From positions 181,419-245,418 of the forward strand of contig JAKJER010000003.1 in NCBI GenBank assembly GCA_022705325.1: a stretch of DNA of 64,000 nt, in the 5' to 3' direction. Origin of the DNA: Planctomycetota bacterium. Its GTDB lineage: Bacteria > Planctomycetota > Phycisphaerae > SM23-33. Each line of letters begins with the position of its first letter. Within the stretch, counting starts at the first letter, position 1. The position numbers and the translations under genes are program-made. Positions 48,071-60,300 of the stretch are shown here, one piece after another. The notes under the pieces were generated by a model. That model searched no databases. It was not told the origin of the DNA and worked only from the letters and a program-made list of their open reading frames with translations.

Positions 48071-50029
48071 ATGTCGGTTCTGTCGGGCGTGAAAAAGCTG
48101 GTGTCCGGTTTGCCGAGGCGGTTCACCGCGGTGGACTTCGACTCGCGCCAGATGCGCATCGTCCACGCCGAGCACGTGGGTGGGCGCATGCGGGTGCTCA
48201 AGCTGCATCAACTGGCCATGCCGCCGGAAACGGACCTGTCCAACGCCCAGTTGGTCGGACAGGTCCTGGGCAAGGGCATCCGCGATCTGGGGCTGTCCGG
48301 AACGGGCGTGCTGATGAATGTGCCCCGCGGACAGGCGGTGCTCAAGCCCCTCACGCTCCCCGCGCAGACTCCGCGACAGGAACTGCCAGCCATGGTCCAG
48401 TTCCAGATGGAGAAGGAACTCCCCTTCCGCCCCGAGGAAGCGGTTATCGACTTCACCATGGCTGAGCATTTCGACGCGGTCGCCAGCGCCGAACTCAGCG
48501 CCGCCGGCGCGGGCGTCAGCCTGTTGGTGTCGGCGGTGCGCCTGCCTGTCGTCGACTACTATCGCCGCGTCGCCGAAGCCGCGGGAGTCAAGCTCGCTCG
48601 CCTGGGGCTGAGACCCTACGCCAGCATTCAGTGCGTCGATGCCTGCACCCTGCGGGCGGAGAGCGAGACGGTCGCCATCGTCCACGTCACCCCGGACGAG
48701 ACGGAGATCAACGTCCTCCTGGGCGGGGGCCTGACGTTCAGCCGCTCGGCCGTCGTCACCGTCCTGCCCCCCAAGACCGGCAGCGACCCGGCGGTCAAGG
48801 AGACCGTAGACGCTCTGGCCACCGAGGTCGCCCGGAGCCTCCAGAGCTACCAGGCTGTCCAGGGCGGCAAGAAGGTCGACGCCATCCTCGTCGCCGGCGG
48901 GACGGGCATCGAGTCGCGGCTGGCCAGCCACCTGGCGCAGCGCCTGCTGACCAAGTGCGAGATATTCCACCCCGGCCCGGCCCTCGGCGTGCACAGCGAT
49001 GCGCCGGAGACCTCCGCCTTCATTGCGGCCCTTGGGCTGGCCGTCGGGCACTGCAGCAAGATCCTGCCTTTCGACTTCCTCGCCCCCAAGCGCCCCGTGG
49101 TCCGGCGCGATCTCAAGAAGATCCGCCGCATCGCCGCCCTGGCGATGGCCGGCGTTGTCCTCCTGGGCGCCGGCATCGCCTTCACCGCTCACCTCCAGGC
49201 CAAGCGGACCGTCCTGCAGAACCTTCGCAACAAGGTTGCCTCCGCACAGAAGGAGAACAAGGACGTCAAGGCCCTGCAGAAGCGGGTGAAGGCTTTCGAC
49301 ACGTGGCTGTCCGACAGCCGCAACTGGCTCGATCACTGGACCTATCTCAGTTGTCTCTTCCCGCCCTGCCAAGACGCTTATATCTCCGACTTCCGCGTCA
49401 ACCGCAGCGATGGCTCGATCAGCTTCATCGTCAAGGCCCGTGAGGCCGAAATCATCACCGACCTCGGAAAACGCCTCACCGAAGCCGGCTACGAGTTCCG
49501 CGCCGGGCGCGAGACCGCCACCGAGCAGGACCGTTACGGGTACCTCCACGCCGCCGACATGAAGGTGATCCTCCCGCCGAACCTGGAGATGAACCTGGCC
49601 AACATGGAGAAGCCCAAGCGCCCGGTCGACGACTCTTCCCTGGAGGACTTTCTCCGGCCCGGCTACAAGCCTGTGGGTTCGCCGAACCTGCGTCCGCCTG
49701 AAGGCTCCCCCCCCTCCGCCTCCGGCCCGGCGCCCTCGTCGTTGCCATCGTCACCGGAAGCGCCCGAGGCGCCCGCAGCTCCGACGGCGGCATCGCCTCC
49801 TCCTCAGCCCGCCGACGGATACATCGGAACCGACGGCAAGACCTACACGGGCCGGCTCGCCGTCGACCGCAAGCAGCACGAGAAGACGACGGAGCTGTAT
49901 TGGCAGAAGAAGGTGCGAGACCGCGAGAGAGAGAGCCAGCGAGAGGTCGAGAAGAAACGCGAGTTGGAGAAGGCGCGCGAGCGGGAACGCGAACGACGCT
50001 CCAGCCGCCGGGGGGACGGCAATGAATAA
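48071..50029 (+). CDS. GspL-like assembly protein: PilM-like actin-fold cytoplasmic domain, TM helix and PilN/GspL-like periplasmic domain, ending in a Pro-rich and highly charged (RDRERESQREVEKKRELEKARERERERR) tail
   Basis: PilM/FtsA-like N-terminal region (about 330 aa). TM IAALAMAGVVLLGAGIAFTA. Periplasmic domain and low-complexity C-terminus. 652 aa. Confidence 0.7.
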   Translation: MSVLSGVKKLVSGLPRRFTAVDFDSRQMRIVHAEHVGGRMRVLKLHQLAMPPETDLSNAQLVGQVLGKGIRDLGLSGTGVLMNVPRGQAVLKPLTLPAQTPRQELPAMVQFQMEKELPFRPEEAVIDFTMAEHFDAVASAELSAAGAGVSLLVSAVRLPVVDYYRRVAEAAGVKLARLGLRPYASIQCVDACTLRAESETVAIVHVTPDETEINVLLGGGLTFSRSAVVTVLPPKTGSDPAVKETVDALATEVARSLQSYQAVQGGKKVDAILVAGGTGIESRLASHLAQRLLTKCEIFHPGPALGVHSDAPETSAFIAALGLAVGHCSKILPFDFLAPKRPVVRRDLKKIRRIAALAMAGVVLLGAGIAFTAHLQAKRTVLQNLRNKVASAQKENKDVKALQKRVKAFDTWLSDSRNWLDHWTYLSCLFPPCQDAYISDFRVNRSDGSISFIVKAREAEIITDLGKRLTEAGYEFRAGRETATEQDRYGYLHAADMKVILPPNLEMNLANMEKPKRPVDDSSLEDFLRPGYKPVGSPNLRPPEGSPPSASGPAPSSLPSSPEAPEAPAAPTAASPPPQPADGYIGTDGKTYTGRLAVDRKQHEKTTELYWQKKVRDRERESQREVEKKRELEKARERERERRSSRRGDGNE

Positions 50030-51098
50030 GCGCGAGAAGACGATGGCTGGCCTGACCGCCGCCATGGCGGGGATCTTCCTGGGTTTCCTGACGATCAACG
50101 GCTTCGTGCTCAAACCGCTGCAGAAGATGGATGTCGACGCCCAGAAGCTCAGCGGGCAACTGGCGAGCTTGCAGCGAGAGAATGCAGCCCGCAAGAGCCT
50201 CGAGCCGCGTCTCAAGGAGTTGGTGTCGCGCTGCTTCGGCGGCGACGAACTCAAGGCGGGCGAGGAACTGCGGGCCCGGCTGGTGACGCTGATGGACCAG
50301 GCGGGGCTGTCCACCGAGAAGCGTCTGCTGAACCCGGTCACCGGACAGTCGGTCAGTGGCGCGTACAAGGAGATCGGACGGCGGGTACAGGTCAGCGGGA
50401 AGCTCGGCAACGCCGTCGACTTCCTCTATTTGCTCAATGCAGAGCCGCACCTGCACCGCCTGGACTCGCTCAGCCTCACACCCGCCCAGGGAGGCACCGT
50501 GGAGTTGAACCTGACCTACTCCACGCTCGTGCCAGCGGAGGGCTTGCCAGCCTCCAAGGACATCAAGCCGCTTCCCACGCAGCCCGCGCCCAACCTGCGA
50601 GAAGGCGAGCGGACACTGTACGATCCGATCGCGTCGCGAGATCTTCTGCGCCCGTACATCAAGCGCCCCCCGCCGCCTCCCCCGGTGCCGCAGCCCGTGC
50701 CCGCTGTTGCACGCCGCCATGATCCGCCCCCACCGCCTCCCCCGCCGCCAAAGACCAGCAGCGAGGGACGCTATCGCCTGGTCCTCATGCCGATGGCGCC
50801 GGGAGAGCCGTTCTCCGTGCTGGACCAGAGCACGCGCCAGACCTACTCCTACAACATCGGGCAGTTCCTGGGCGGCGGAAAGGTCGTCATGGTCGACTTC
50901 CGCCCCTGTCCCCTCCCGGACGACCCCGACACGATCTCGCCCAGCAGGCTCATTCTCCAGATCGGCGACGCCTACTGGGCCGTCGAGTATGGACAGACCC
51001 TCTCGGCCAAGCGACAATTGCGGAAGGATGAATTGCCTCCTGAATTGTCTGGCGCCGCAGCAGCGCCGGCCAGTCAACCGGCCTCGCCAGCCTCCTGA
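50022..51098 (+). CDS. GspM/PilO-like bitopic assembly protein with a poly-proline segment (hypothetical)
   Basis: Overlaps the upstream stop (ATGAATAA). N-terminal TM LTAAMAGIFLGFLTINGFVL plus coiled coil, then a PPPPPPVPQPVP...PPPPPPPPK tract. Assignment is by position and topology only. Confidence 0.45.
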   Translation: MNKREKTMAGLTAAMAGIFLGFLTINGFVLKPLQKMDVDAQKLSGQLASLQRENAARKSLEPRLKELVSRCFGGDELKAGEELRARLVTLMDQAGLSTEKRLLNPVTGQSVSGAYKEIGRRVQVSGKLGNAVDFLYLLNAEPHLHRLDSLSLTPAQGGTVELNLTYSTLVPAEGLPASKDIKPLPTQPAPNLREGERTLYDPIASRDLLRPYIKRPPPPPPVPQPVPAVARRHDPPPPPPPPPKTSSEGRYRLVLMPMAPGEPFSVLDQSTRQTYSYNIGQFLGGGKVVMVDFRPCPLPDDPDTISPSRLILQIGDAYWAVEYGQTLSAKRQLRKDELPPELSGAAAAPASQPASPAS

Positions 51099-51350
51099 GC
51101 CGGAGGCAGAGCAAGGTCTTACAACCGATGCATCAACGCGCACCGCCCCCGGAGAGGGTGCGTGCCCCAGGAGGGGCCACTGCAAGCTCCCCAGGTCGCA
51201 GTCCAAGCCCCTGTATCCTGTGGGACAGTTGGCCCCAAACGCGGTGCAAAATGCGGCAGTCCGGGCGTATGATCGCCTGGTTCCTGCGTTAGACATGAGA
51301 TGAACGAACTCAAGCCTTCTTGCGTGTGTAAGGCTTCAGGAGATCAGACG

Positions 51351-54300
51351 ATGCGAACTAACTGGATACTGGCTTTCGCGGTTATCTCCGCCCTTGCCGT
51401 GGCCCTGACTGCCCAGACGACCAAACCGTCGCCGCAGCCGGCCACCCAGCCAGCCGCCGCACCGACCACCCAGCCCGCCGTCGCTGCCGCGCCGACCACC
51501 AAGCCGGCCGTTGCCGCTGCGCCGACTACCCAGCCCGCCGTCGCTGCCGCACCGACCACCAAGCCGGCCGTTGTCGCTGCGCCGACTACCCAGCCCGCCG
51601 TCGCTGCCGCACCGACCACCAAGCCGGCCGTTGCCGCTGCGCCGACCACCCAGCCCGCCGTCGCTGCCGCACCGACCACCAAGCCGGCCGTTGCCGCTGC
51701 GCCGACCACCAAGCCCGCCGTCGCTGCCGCGCCGACCACCAAGCCGGCCGTTGCCGCTGCGCCGACCACCCAGCCCGCCGTCGCTGCCGCGCCGACTGTG
51801 AGACCGGCCGGGACGTACAGTAAGGACTCACCCAAGATCTTCCTCTTCCAGTTTAGCGGCTGTCCGTATCATGAGGTGATTCGCAAGTTCGCCCAGGCCT
51901 GTAAGAAACCGTTGTTGGGGGAAGTCGAGATTCCGGGCAGTCTCACGTTCTTCGACAGCGAACCTTACTGCTACGAAGAAGCCCTGGACACCCTCAACAT
52001 CCTCTTGAACATGCGGGGCTTCGCCCTGATCGAGTTCAAGCGGTATCTCCGCGTGGTGCAGGTAACCGAACTGGCCAACAACGCGAGCATCCTCCGCGGA
52101 CTGGACCAGGTCGGGGACATCCGGAACGAGCAGGTCGTCACCGTCTTGCTTCCGGTGGAGAATCTCGATCCGGAGGCCGCCTCCAAAGCCATCGTCCGCA
52201 TGGTGTCTTCGTACGGCTCGATCACTCCCATGCCTCGAGGCAAGGGTGTTCTCATCACCGACCGTCTGTCCAGCGTTCGCCGCATTCAGGACATGATCCA
52301 GATGCTGGACGCCGAGCGGGCGACCGCCAGCGACATCAAGACCATCCAGATCAAGAAGGCTTCGGCCAAGTCCGTCGCTTCGGTCATCAATCAGGTCCTG
52401 GGCGGTCCGTCTTCCAGCCCCGAACGCAGGTCGTCATCGGCTCCGCCGGCCTCTTCGGGTGACAGCGTGTCAGCCTACAGCGATGACCGCACCAATCTCC
52501 TGTTCCTGCGCGGTGTGGGCGCCAAGCTGCAACTGGCCGAGCAACTCGTGGAGAAGTTGGACAGCGAAGCGACCAGCGATGTCAGCGACATGCGCCTGAT
52601 CGAGTTGAAGAACGCCCGCGCCGAGGACGTAGCCAAGACCATCAGCGAAGTCATGCCCCGCGACCAGATCCAGGTGGCGGGCCCGCCCAGCAGCGACTCC
52701 AGCCGACGCCACTATCCCGTCACCGTGGCCAAGGGCAAGGTCGTCGCCGAGCCGGAGACCAACCGCCTGATCGTCTCCGCTCCGCTGGACGTGATGGTCA
52801 AGATCGAGGAACTGATCAAGAAGCTCGACGTGGCCAGCGACACCAGCGGCGGGGTCAAGGTCCTGCGTCTCAAGACCGCCGACGCCGCCCAGCTTGCCCC
52901 TATTGTCTCGGCCGCGGTGGCCAAGCAAACCCTCGCCGCTGGCGGGGCGAGAAGGGGAATGGTCACTGTCACCGCAGACAGCCGCACGAATTCTCTGGTG
53001 ATCGTGGGCCCGGCCGGCGACATCCAGGCAGCCGAGAAGCTCGTCGCCGAACTCGACCGCCCGCTGGACAAGGAAGAGGAACGCCAGATCCGCATCATCC
53101 AGTTACCCTCGGGCAACGCCGAGAAGCTGGCCAGTGCCATCTCCCGCGTGCTGGACAGCTCCCCGTCTTCGCATTACGGCTCCAGCCGCTATGGGTCGTC
53201 CTCGTCCCGCTCCCAGACCAGCCGCCCGCGTATCGAGGCCGACTCCGGCACCAACAGTCTGCTGATCTCGGCTGCCCCAAGCGACTGGCCGCAGATCGAA
53301 TCCATCCTGAAGCAGATCATTCCGCCCCCACCGCCTGACCAGCCCGCGGCCGCCACGCCGCTGGCCTTGACGACTCCGGTGCTGCGCCACGTGCCGCTCA
53401 AGTTCGCCAAGGCGGAGGATCTCGCCACCACGCTGCTGTCCGTGTTCGGCACGCGCCGGCGCAGCGAGGCCGTTTCCATCATCATCACCCCGTCGGCCCG
53501 CACCAACAGTCTGCTCATCTCGGCCGCCGAACCCGACCAGATCGCCATGGGGGAGTTGATCAAGACTCTCGACGTCGACTCCAGCGAGAAGCTCGACCCG
53601 GTCCGCATCGTCGAACTGAAGGTGGCTGACGCCGCCAAGGTCGCCGACGCCATCCAGGCCGTCCTGCCCCCGCGCCCCGTCGGGCGACGCGGCGAGACCC
53701 ACCAGGTCACCATCCACGCCGACACCGCCACCAACACCCTCTTTATCCGCGCCGGCGAGGCCGAGCAGAAGCTCATCGACGAGGTTATAGCCCGGATGGA
53801 CAAGGGCGCAATCGACCCCACCATTGTCCGCGAGACGCGAATCATCGCCCTCAAGTTCGTCCCTGCCAGCCAGATGGCGGCCAGTGTCCAGCAGTTCTTC
53901 CAGTCGGCCGGCGGCTCGCCCTCCAGCCCATACGGCTCGTCGTATTATCGCCGCCGGAGCTACTCCTCCGCCTCCGGAGAAAAGGCCTTCGATTCGCTGG
54001 TCGTCGCCGCCGCACCGGGAGACCAGGCCCTCATCGTGGAAGGACCCAAGAAGAAGGTCGACGAGGTCGCCGCCTTCGTCGCCAAACTCGACACCCAGGA
54101 CACCGGCCAGGCGACAATTGTCCGCGTCTATACCCTCAAGGAAGCCGACGCCGGCGAAATCTCCCGGACCCTGTCGGCCACTTTCTCCAAGAAGTGGCAG
54201 GACCAGAAGCGACGCGATCCGAAGCTGGCCGACCCCGAGCCGTCGTTTGAAATCAACGCCGGCGCCAACCAGCTCATCATCGCCGCCACCGAGAAGCAGC

Positions 54301-57300
54301 TTACCGAGATAGACGCGTTGATCGCCCAACTCGAGAAGGCCCCGGCTGTGACCAGCCAGACCAAGACCTTCCCCCTCAAGCACGCCAAGGCCGAGGAACT
54401 GGTCAACGTCCTCCAGACGATGCTGACCTCAGGCGCTCCCAGCCCCTACAGCGGCTATGCGTACAGTCGGCGATCCAGAAGCGTCGAGGGCGAGTTGAAG
54501 ATCGCCGCCATCGCCGCCTCCAATTCGCTGGTCATCCAGGGCCCGCCAGCCAAGATGGCCAAGGCCGAGCAACTCATCGCCTCCTTCGACACGCCCCAGG
54601 CGGGCGAGTCCTCGCTGATCAGCATCGTGCCGCTCAAGGCCGCCTCCGCCTCCCAACTCGCGGTCACCCTCAAGAACATGCTGCCTCCCCAGAGTCGAGA
54701 GCGAGAAAGCGAGTTGGTCATTCAGGCGGACACGGCGAGCAACTCCCTGCTCATCCGCGCCAGCGCCACGCAGCGAAAGATCATCGACGAACTGATCCCC
54801 AAGCTCGACGTCGAGTTGGCCGAAGGCACCCGCGAGATGCGGGTCGTGCCCGTAATGTTCGTCTCGGCCTCTCAGATCGCCCAGACCGTGTCGCAGGTCT
54901 TCCGCGGCCAGAACGGGACATCTTCGTCGTCTTCCTCCTATCGACGATCGTACTATCGGTCGTACGACGCCCCGCAGGCGGGTCCGGGCAGCGACGAGAT
55001 TCTTATCACGCCCGCCCCCAACGACCGCAGCATCGTCATCGAAGCCCCCAAGAAGAAGATCGAGCCGATTGTTCAGCTCATCGCAACCCTTGACGTTGCC
55101 GAAGGCACCGCCAAGGCCAACCAGATCCGCACCTACCAGCTCAAGAACGCCAACGCAGCCGAAGTTTCCCGCGTTCTTTCGGGCATGTACACCCAGCGAA
55201 CCAGCGGATACGGCGAGGCCCCTTCCGCGCGAGGCGGCTCGGGCCCGACCGCCACCCCGCCCAAGTTCGACCACGACACCGCGACCAATCAGCTCGTCGT
55301 CTCGGCCAGCGACGAACAGTTCGTCGAGATCGACGCACTGATCAAGAAGCTGGAAGAGGCGCCCCAACTGGCCACCCAGACCAAGACCTTCCCGCTCAAG
55401 CACGTGCGGGCGAGCGAGGTCCTGCCGGTGCTGACCAACCTGCTGAGCGAAACGCCCGCCTCCACCCCCGAGGGCTACGCGGGCTACTCGCCCTACTCCT
55501 CCCGTCGGCGCTACGGAGCGTCTGCGTCGTCGGAGCTTCGCCTGGCCGCCCTCCCCGGCGCCAATAGCATCGTCGCCCAGGGCCCGCCGCCCAAGATGCT
55601 CAAGGTCGAGCAACTCATCGCTTCCTTCGACACGCCCCAGGCGGGCGAGTCCTCGCTGATCACGATGGTGCCGCTGAAGAACGCCTCGGCCGCCAAACTC
55701 GCCGAGACCCTCAAGTCCATGCTGCCCGCCGCCTCGCGAGACAAGCCAAGCGAACTGGTCGTCCAGGCCGACACCGCGACCAACTCTCTGCTCATCCGCG
55801 CCGACGGCACCCAGCGGAAGATGCTCGACGAGTTGATCCTCAAACTCGACGTCGAGGTCGTCCAGACCGCCCGCGAAATGCGGGTCGTTCCGGTGCAGTT
55901 CGTCTCCGCCGCCCAGATCGCCCAGACCGTCTCCCAAGTCTTCCTGAAACAGGACGCTTCGTCGTCCTCCTACCGGCGATCCTCGTACTACTACCGCTCG
56001 TATTACCGCTCCTACGACGAGCCCGAAGAACCCACCCGCACCGGCGCGGATGCCGACAAGATCGTCGTGACGGCCTCCCCCAACGACCGCTCCGTCATCG
56101 TCGAGGCCCCCAAGCTGAAGATCGAGCCTGTCGTTCAGCTCATCACGACCCTGGACGTGCCCGAGGGCACGGCCAAGCCCCAGCAGATCCGCACCTACCA
56201 GCTCAAGAACGCCAACGCAGCTGAAACCGCCCGCATCCTGAGCAATATGTACGCCCAGCGTCAGAACGGCAGCGTCAGCAGCTACGGCGAGGAAGGCAGT
56301 CCAAGCCGGACCGCCAAGTCGAAGATCCCCGCGCCGAAGTTCGACCACGACGCCGGATCCAATCAGCTTGTCATCTCGGCCAACGACGAGCAGTTCGTCG
56401 AAATCGAAGCCCTGATCAAGACGCTGGATGAGACGCCCCAACTGGCCACGCAGACCAAGACGTTCCCGCTCAAGCACGCCAGGGCCAGCGAGATCGTCCC
56501 GCTGCTGACCAGCCTGTTGAGCGACACGCCCTCGTCCCCGGCGGTCGGCAGCTACTCGCGGTATTCATCGCGAAGTCGCTACGGCGCGTCGGCGACCGCC
56601 GGAGAGGTCCACGTCGCCACCCTGCCCGGGACCAACTCTGTGATTGTGCAGGGCCCGCCGGCCAAACTCACCCAGGCCGAGCAGTTGATCTCCACGTTCG
56701 ACACGCCCGAAGCGGGCGGCTCGTCGCTGGTGACGGTGATCCCGCTCAAGAACGCCTCGGCCGTCACGCTCGCCGAGACGTTGCGGAGCATGCTGCCCCC
56801 GCCCGTGCGGGGAAGGCCCGAGGAGATCGTCATCCAGGCCGACAGCCTGACCAACTCGCTGTTGGTCCGAGCTCCCGAAGACCAGCGCAAGACTATCGAC
56901 GACCTCATCGCCAAGCTCGACGGCGGCCTGGCCGATAATGCCCAGACCCGCGAGATGCGGATCATCCCGGTCAAGCACCTGTCGGCCGCCCAACTCGCAG
57001 AGACCGTCAGCGTCATGTACCAGCAACTCCGCGAGGCCCGGCGCGGGCTCCGCGCCCGTCCCGTTGACCCGGGCGAGCAGGTCGTCATCACCCCCTCTCC
57101 CAATGACCGCTCGATCGTCGTCGAAGCCCCCAAGAAGAAGGTAGAGGAGATCGCCAAGCTGGTGGCCGATCTGGACACCGAGGAGAACAGCTTCCAGATC
57201 CTCGTGCGGACCTACCAGCTCAAGACCGCCAGTGCATCGGAGCTGGCCCGTTCCCTGACCAACATCTTCGCCGCCAAAGTCGCCGGCTCCGCCTCGCCCG

Positions 57301-60300
57301 GCCGGCGCCCCGGCGCCGTGCCCAATCGCGCCGGTCCGCAGCCCACCTTCGACGTCGACGCCGCCAGCAACCAACTCCTGGTCGCCGCCACGTCTGAACA
57401 ACTCATCGAGATCGAGCAGCTCATCCAGAAGATGGACAATCCGGAGGTGCAGGCCGTCCAGACCCGCATCTTCCCCATCCAGCACGCCAAGGCCGACGAG
57501 CTGGTCACTCTCCTTCAGACGATGCTGAATGAGAATCCCCCCTCGGCCGCCTACGGCAGCTCGGCGTACTACTCGCGACGCTACCGCCCGACCGGGTCGT
57601 CCAGTGGAGACGACATCCGCATTTCCACGCTGCCCGGCACGAACAGCATTGTCGTCCAGGGGCCGCCCAACAAGCTTACGCGGGCCGAACAGCTCATCAA
57701 GAGCTTTGACACGCCCGAGGCGGCCGTCGCCGCCACCGTCACCATCATCCCCATCAAGAACGCCTCCGCGGCCACCCTGGTCGAGACCCTGCGGGCCATG
57801 CTCCCGCCGGTCAAGGGTCGGGCCGAGGAAGTGTTCATCCAGGCCGACATCCTGACCAACTCCGTGCTCATCCGCGCTCCCGAGACCCAACGGAAAATGG
57901 TCACCGAGTTGGTCGCCAAGCTGGACACCCAGAGCGAGCTTACCCGCGAGATGCGCGTTATCCCGCTCACCTTCACCAGCGCCACCCAACTCGCCAGCGC
58001 CCTGCAGGTCATGTACCAGCAGCACATGGCCACCCGGGGCGGCCCGCGGGCCAAGCCGGTGGACCCGGCCGAGCAGGTCATCTTCACCCCCGCGCCGCAC
58101 GACCAGGCCCTGGTCGTCGAGGCGCCCAAGAAGAAGATGGAGGAGATCGCCGCCCTCATCGAGAAGCTGGACGTCCAGGAAAGCCCCGACCGCCTCACGG
58201 TACGCACCTACCAGTTGGCCGAGAACTCCGACGCGGTCGAGACCGCCCGTACGCTGGCCAAGCTCTTTACCGAGACCCGCGTTCGCCCGGGCGCGATCGC
58301 GGGCAATCAACAGCAGCCCCGCTTCGAGGCCGACGGAGTGGGCAACCAGCTCATCATCGCCGCCACGCCCAAGCAGTTCGAGGAGATCGAGCCGCTGCTG
58401 AAGAAGCTCCAGGACTCCGCCCAGCTTGCCGTGCGAAGCAAAACCTACCAGCTCAAGTTCGCCAAGGCCGCCGACATCGTCCAGATGCTCCAGTCCATGC
58501 TGACCGGGACCACCGGCCGGTCGCGGTACTCCGCCTATGGGGACCCGGCCGCCGCGTCGAGCGAGGTCCGTGTCGCTGCCGTCAACGGCAGCAACAGTGT
58601 CTTCGTCCAGGGGCCGCCGGCCAAGCTGGCCATGGCCGACGAACTGATCCGCACCTTCGACACCGAGCAGGCGGCTGCCCGCAGCGTGATTCAGATCATC
58701 AAGCTCAAGAACGCCCAGGCGGCCTCGCTGGCCCAGGCCGTCAACGCCACGCTGGAGGCCCGGGCCGCCCGCCGTCCTTACGGCGAGCAGGCCGGCGCCG
58801 ACGACGGAAAGGTCACCGTCACGCCCGAGCCCAACTCCAACAGCCTTCTGGTCCGCGGGCCGCTGGCCGAGATTCCCTCCGTGCTGGAGATGATCCGCGA
58901 CCTGGATGAGGGCGGGACGAGCGCCAAGAGCGAAGTCCGCATCTTCCCGATCAAGAACTCCGACGCATACGAGCTTTCGACAACCCTGGGCAGACTGGTG
59001 CAGGACATGATCGCCCAGCAGACGCGCGCTCGCGGCGACGTGCCCGTGCCGGCCTTCAGCATCGCCGCCGACACCCGCACCAACTCGCTCATCGTCTCCA
59101 CCACCTCCGCCTACTTCGCCATCGTCGAGCAACTCCTGGAGAACCTCGACAAGGAACAGCCCATCCGCGACGTTCAGTACATCGCTCTGACCAACGCCCA
59201 AGCCGTCGACGTAGCCGAGAAGGTCAACGCCCTCTTCACCGACCGCAAAGGGTCCGACAAGCCTGTCATCGAGGCGGAGGAGTACACCAATTCCCTCACC
59301 GTCATCGCCAAGGCGGTGGACCTGCTGACGATCCAGGAAATGGTGGAGAAGCTCGACAAGGGACGGCGCGAACTTCAGGTCCGGGTCGTCCCCATCAAGC
59401 AGATCAAGGCCGAACGGATGGCCGAGATCATCCAGCGGGTATACGGGCAGACGACGAGCAGCCGTGTCATCGTCACCGGCCAGTCCCCCCCGACGCGGAT
59501 GGGGATCGAGTTGCCCGCCCCTCAACCGACGCCCGCTCCGCCCCCGCCGGCGGGCAAAGGCCCCGCCGCTTCGGCCAAGCCGTGGACCGGCAGCGTTCCT
59601 CGCCCGGCGACGCAGCCAGCCACCCGGCCCACCACGCGACCGGAGAGCGCCCCAGCCGCCAAGGACGATGGCGAGTTGGAGGAGAACCCTCCGATCACCA
59701 TCGCCATCGACCATAAGAGCAACACGCTGATCATCTCGGGCCCGCCCCAGGAGATCGACAACATCCAGGGCCTCATCGACCAGATGATGACCTCGCCCGA
59801 GGAGGCCGAGGCTGAGTTCCGGACCTATAGGATCGAGCACGCCGACCCGGTGGTTCTGGCCCAGACGCTGGAGGACATGTTCAACCCCAAGCCCAAGGTA
59901 GTCTACCTCCAAGCCCGTACCGGACAGCCGGCGCAGGCCCCGGCTGAACCGCCCCCGCCCATTACTGTACAGGCCGACGCCCGCACTCGCTCCATTGTCG
60001 TCCGGGCGAAAGTCATCGACTTCGACATGATCGAGCCGCTGATCAAGTACCTCGACCAGGAGACTTCCGCCCACAGCGAACTGCGCGTCTTCCCGCTGGA
60101 GAACACCGAGGCCGGCGAGGTCGCCGACAACCTCAAGGAGATGTTCAACCTGGCCCAGAAGGGGACCGCGGCCCAGCCCGCGCCCCAGCCTCAGGCCGGG
60201 CGCACGGCCCAGCGCGGCCGGGCCGACCGTGTCCGCCAGGTCATGGACCTGCAGGTCGCTGCCGGCGGCTCAGCCAAGGTCGATCCCTATTCGGCCATCT

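Noticed and set aside
51459-51803. Regularly spaced 30-nt repeats that could be mistaken for a CRISPR array
   Set aside because: The units are contiguous with no unique spacers and are in frame inside the giant CDS, encoding an APTT(Q/K)PAVAA linker. No cas genes are nearby.
56565-60074. 1169-aa minus-strand ORF. Similar long minus ORFs lie at 54429-56477, 53103-54383, 61833-63392 and 61631-62629.
   Set aside because: All are antisense to the giant plus-strand secretin-like gene. Their translations are G/R/L/V/D-rich low-information sequence, typical of the stop-free antisense frame of a high-GC gene with strong GC3 bias. The plus strand gives domain-structured, motif-bearing protein.
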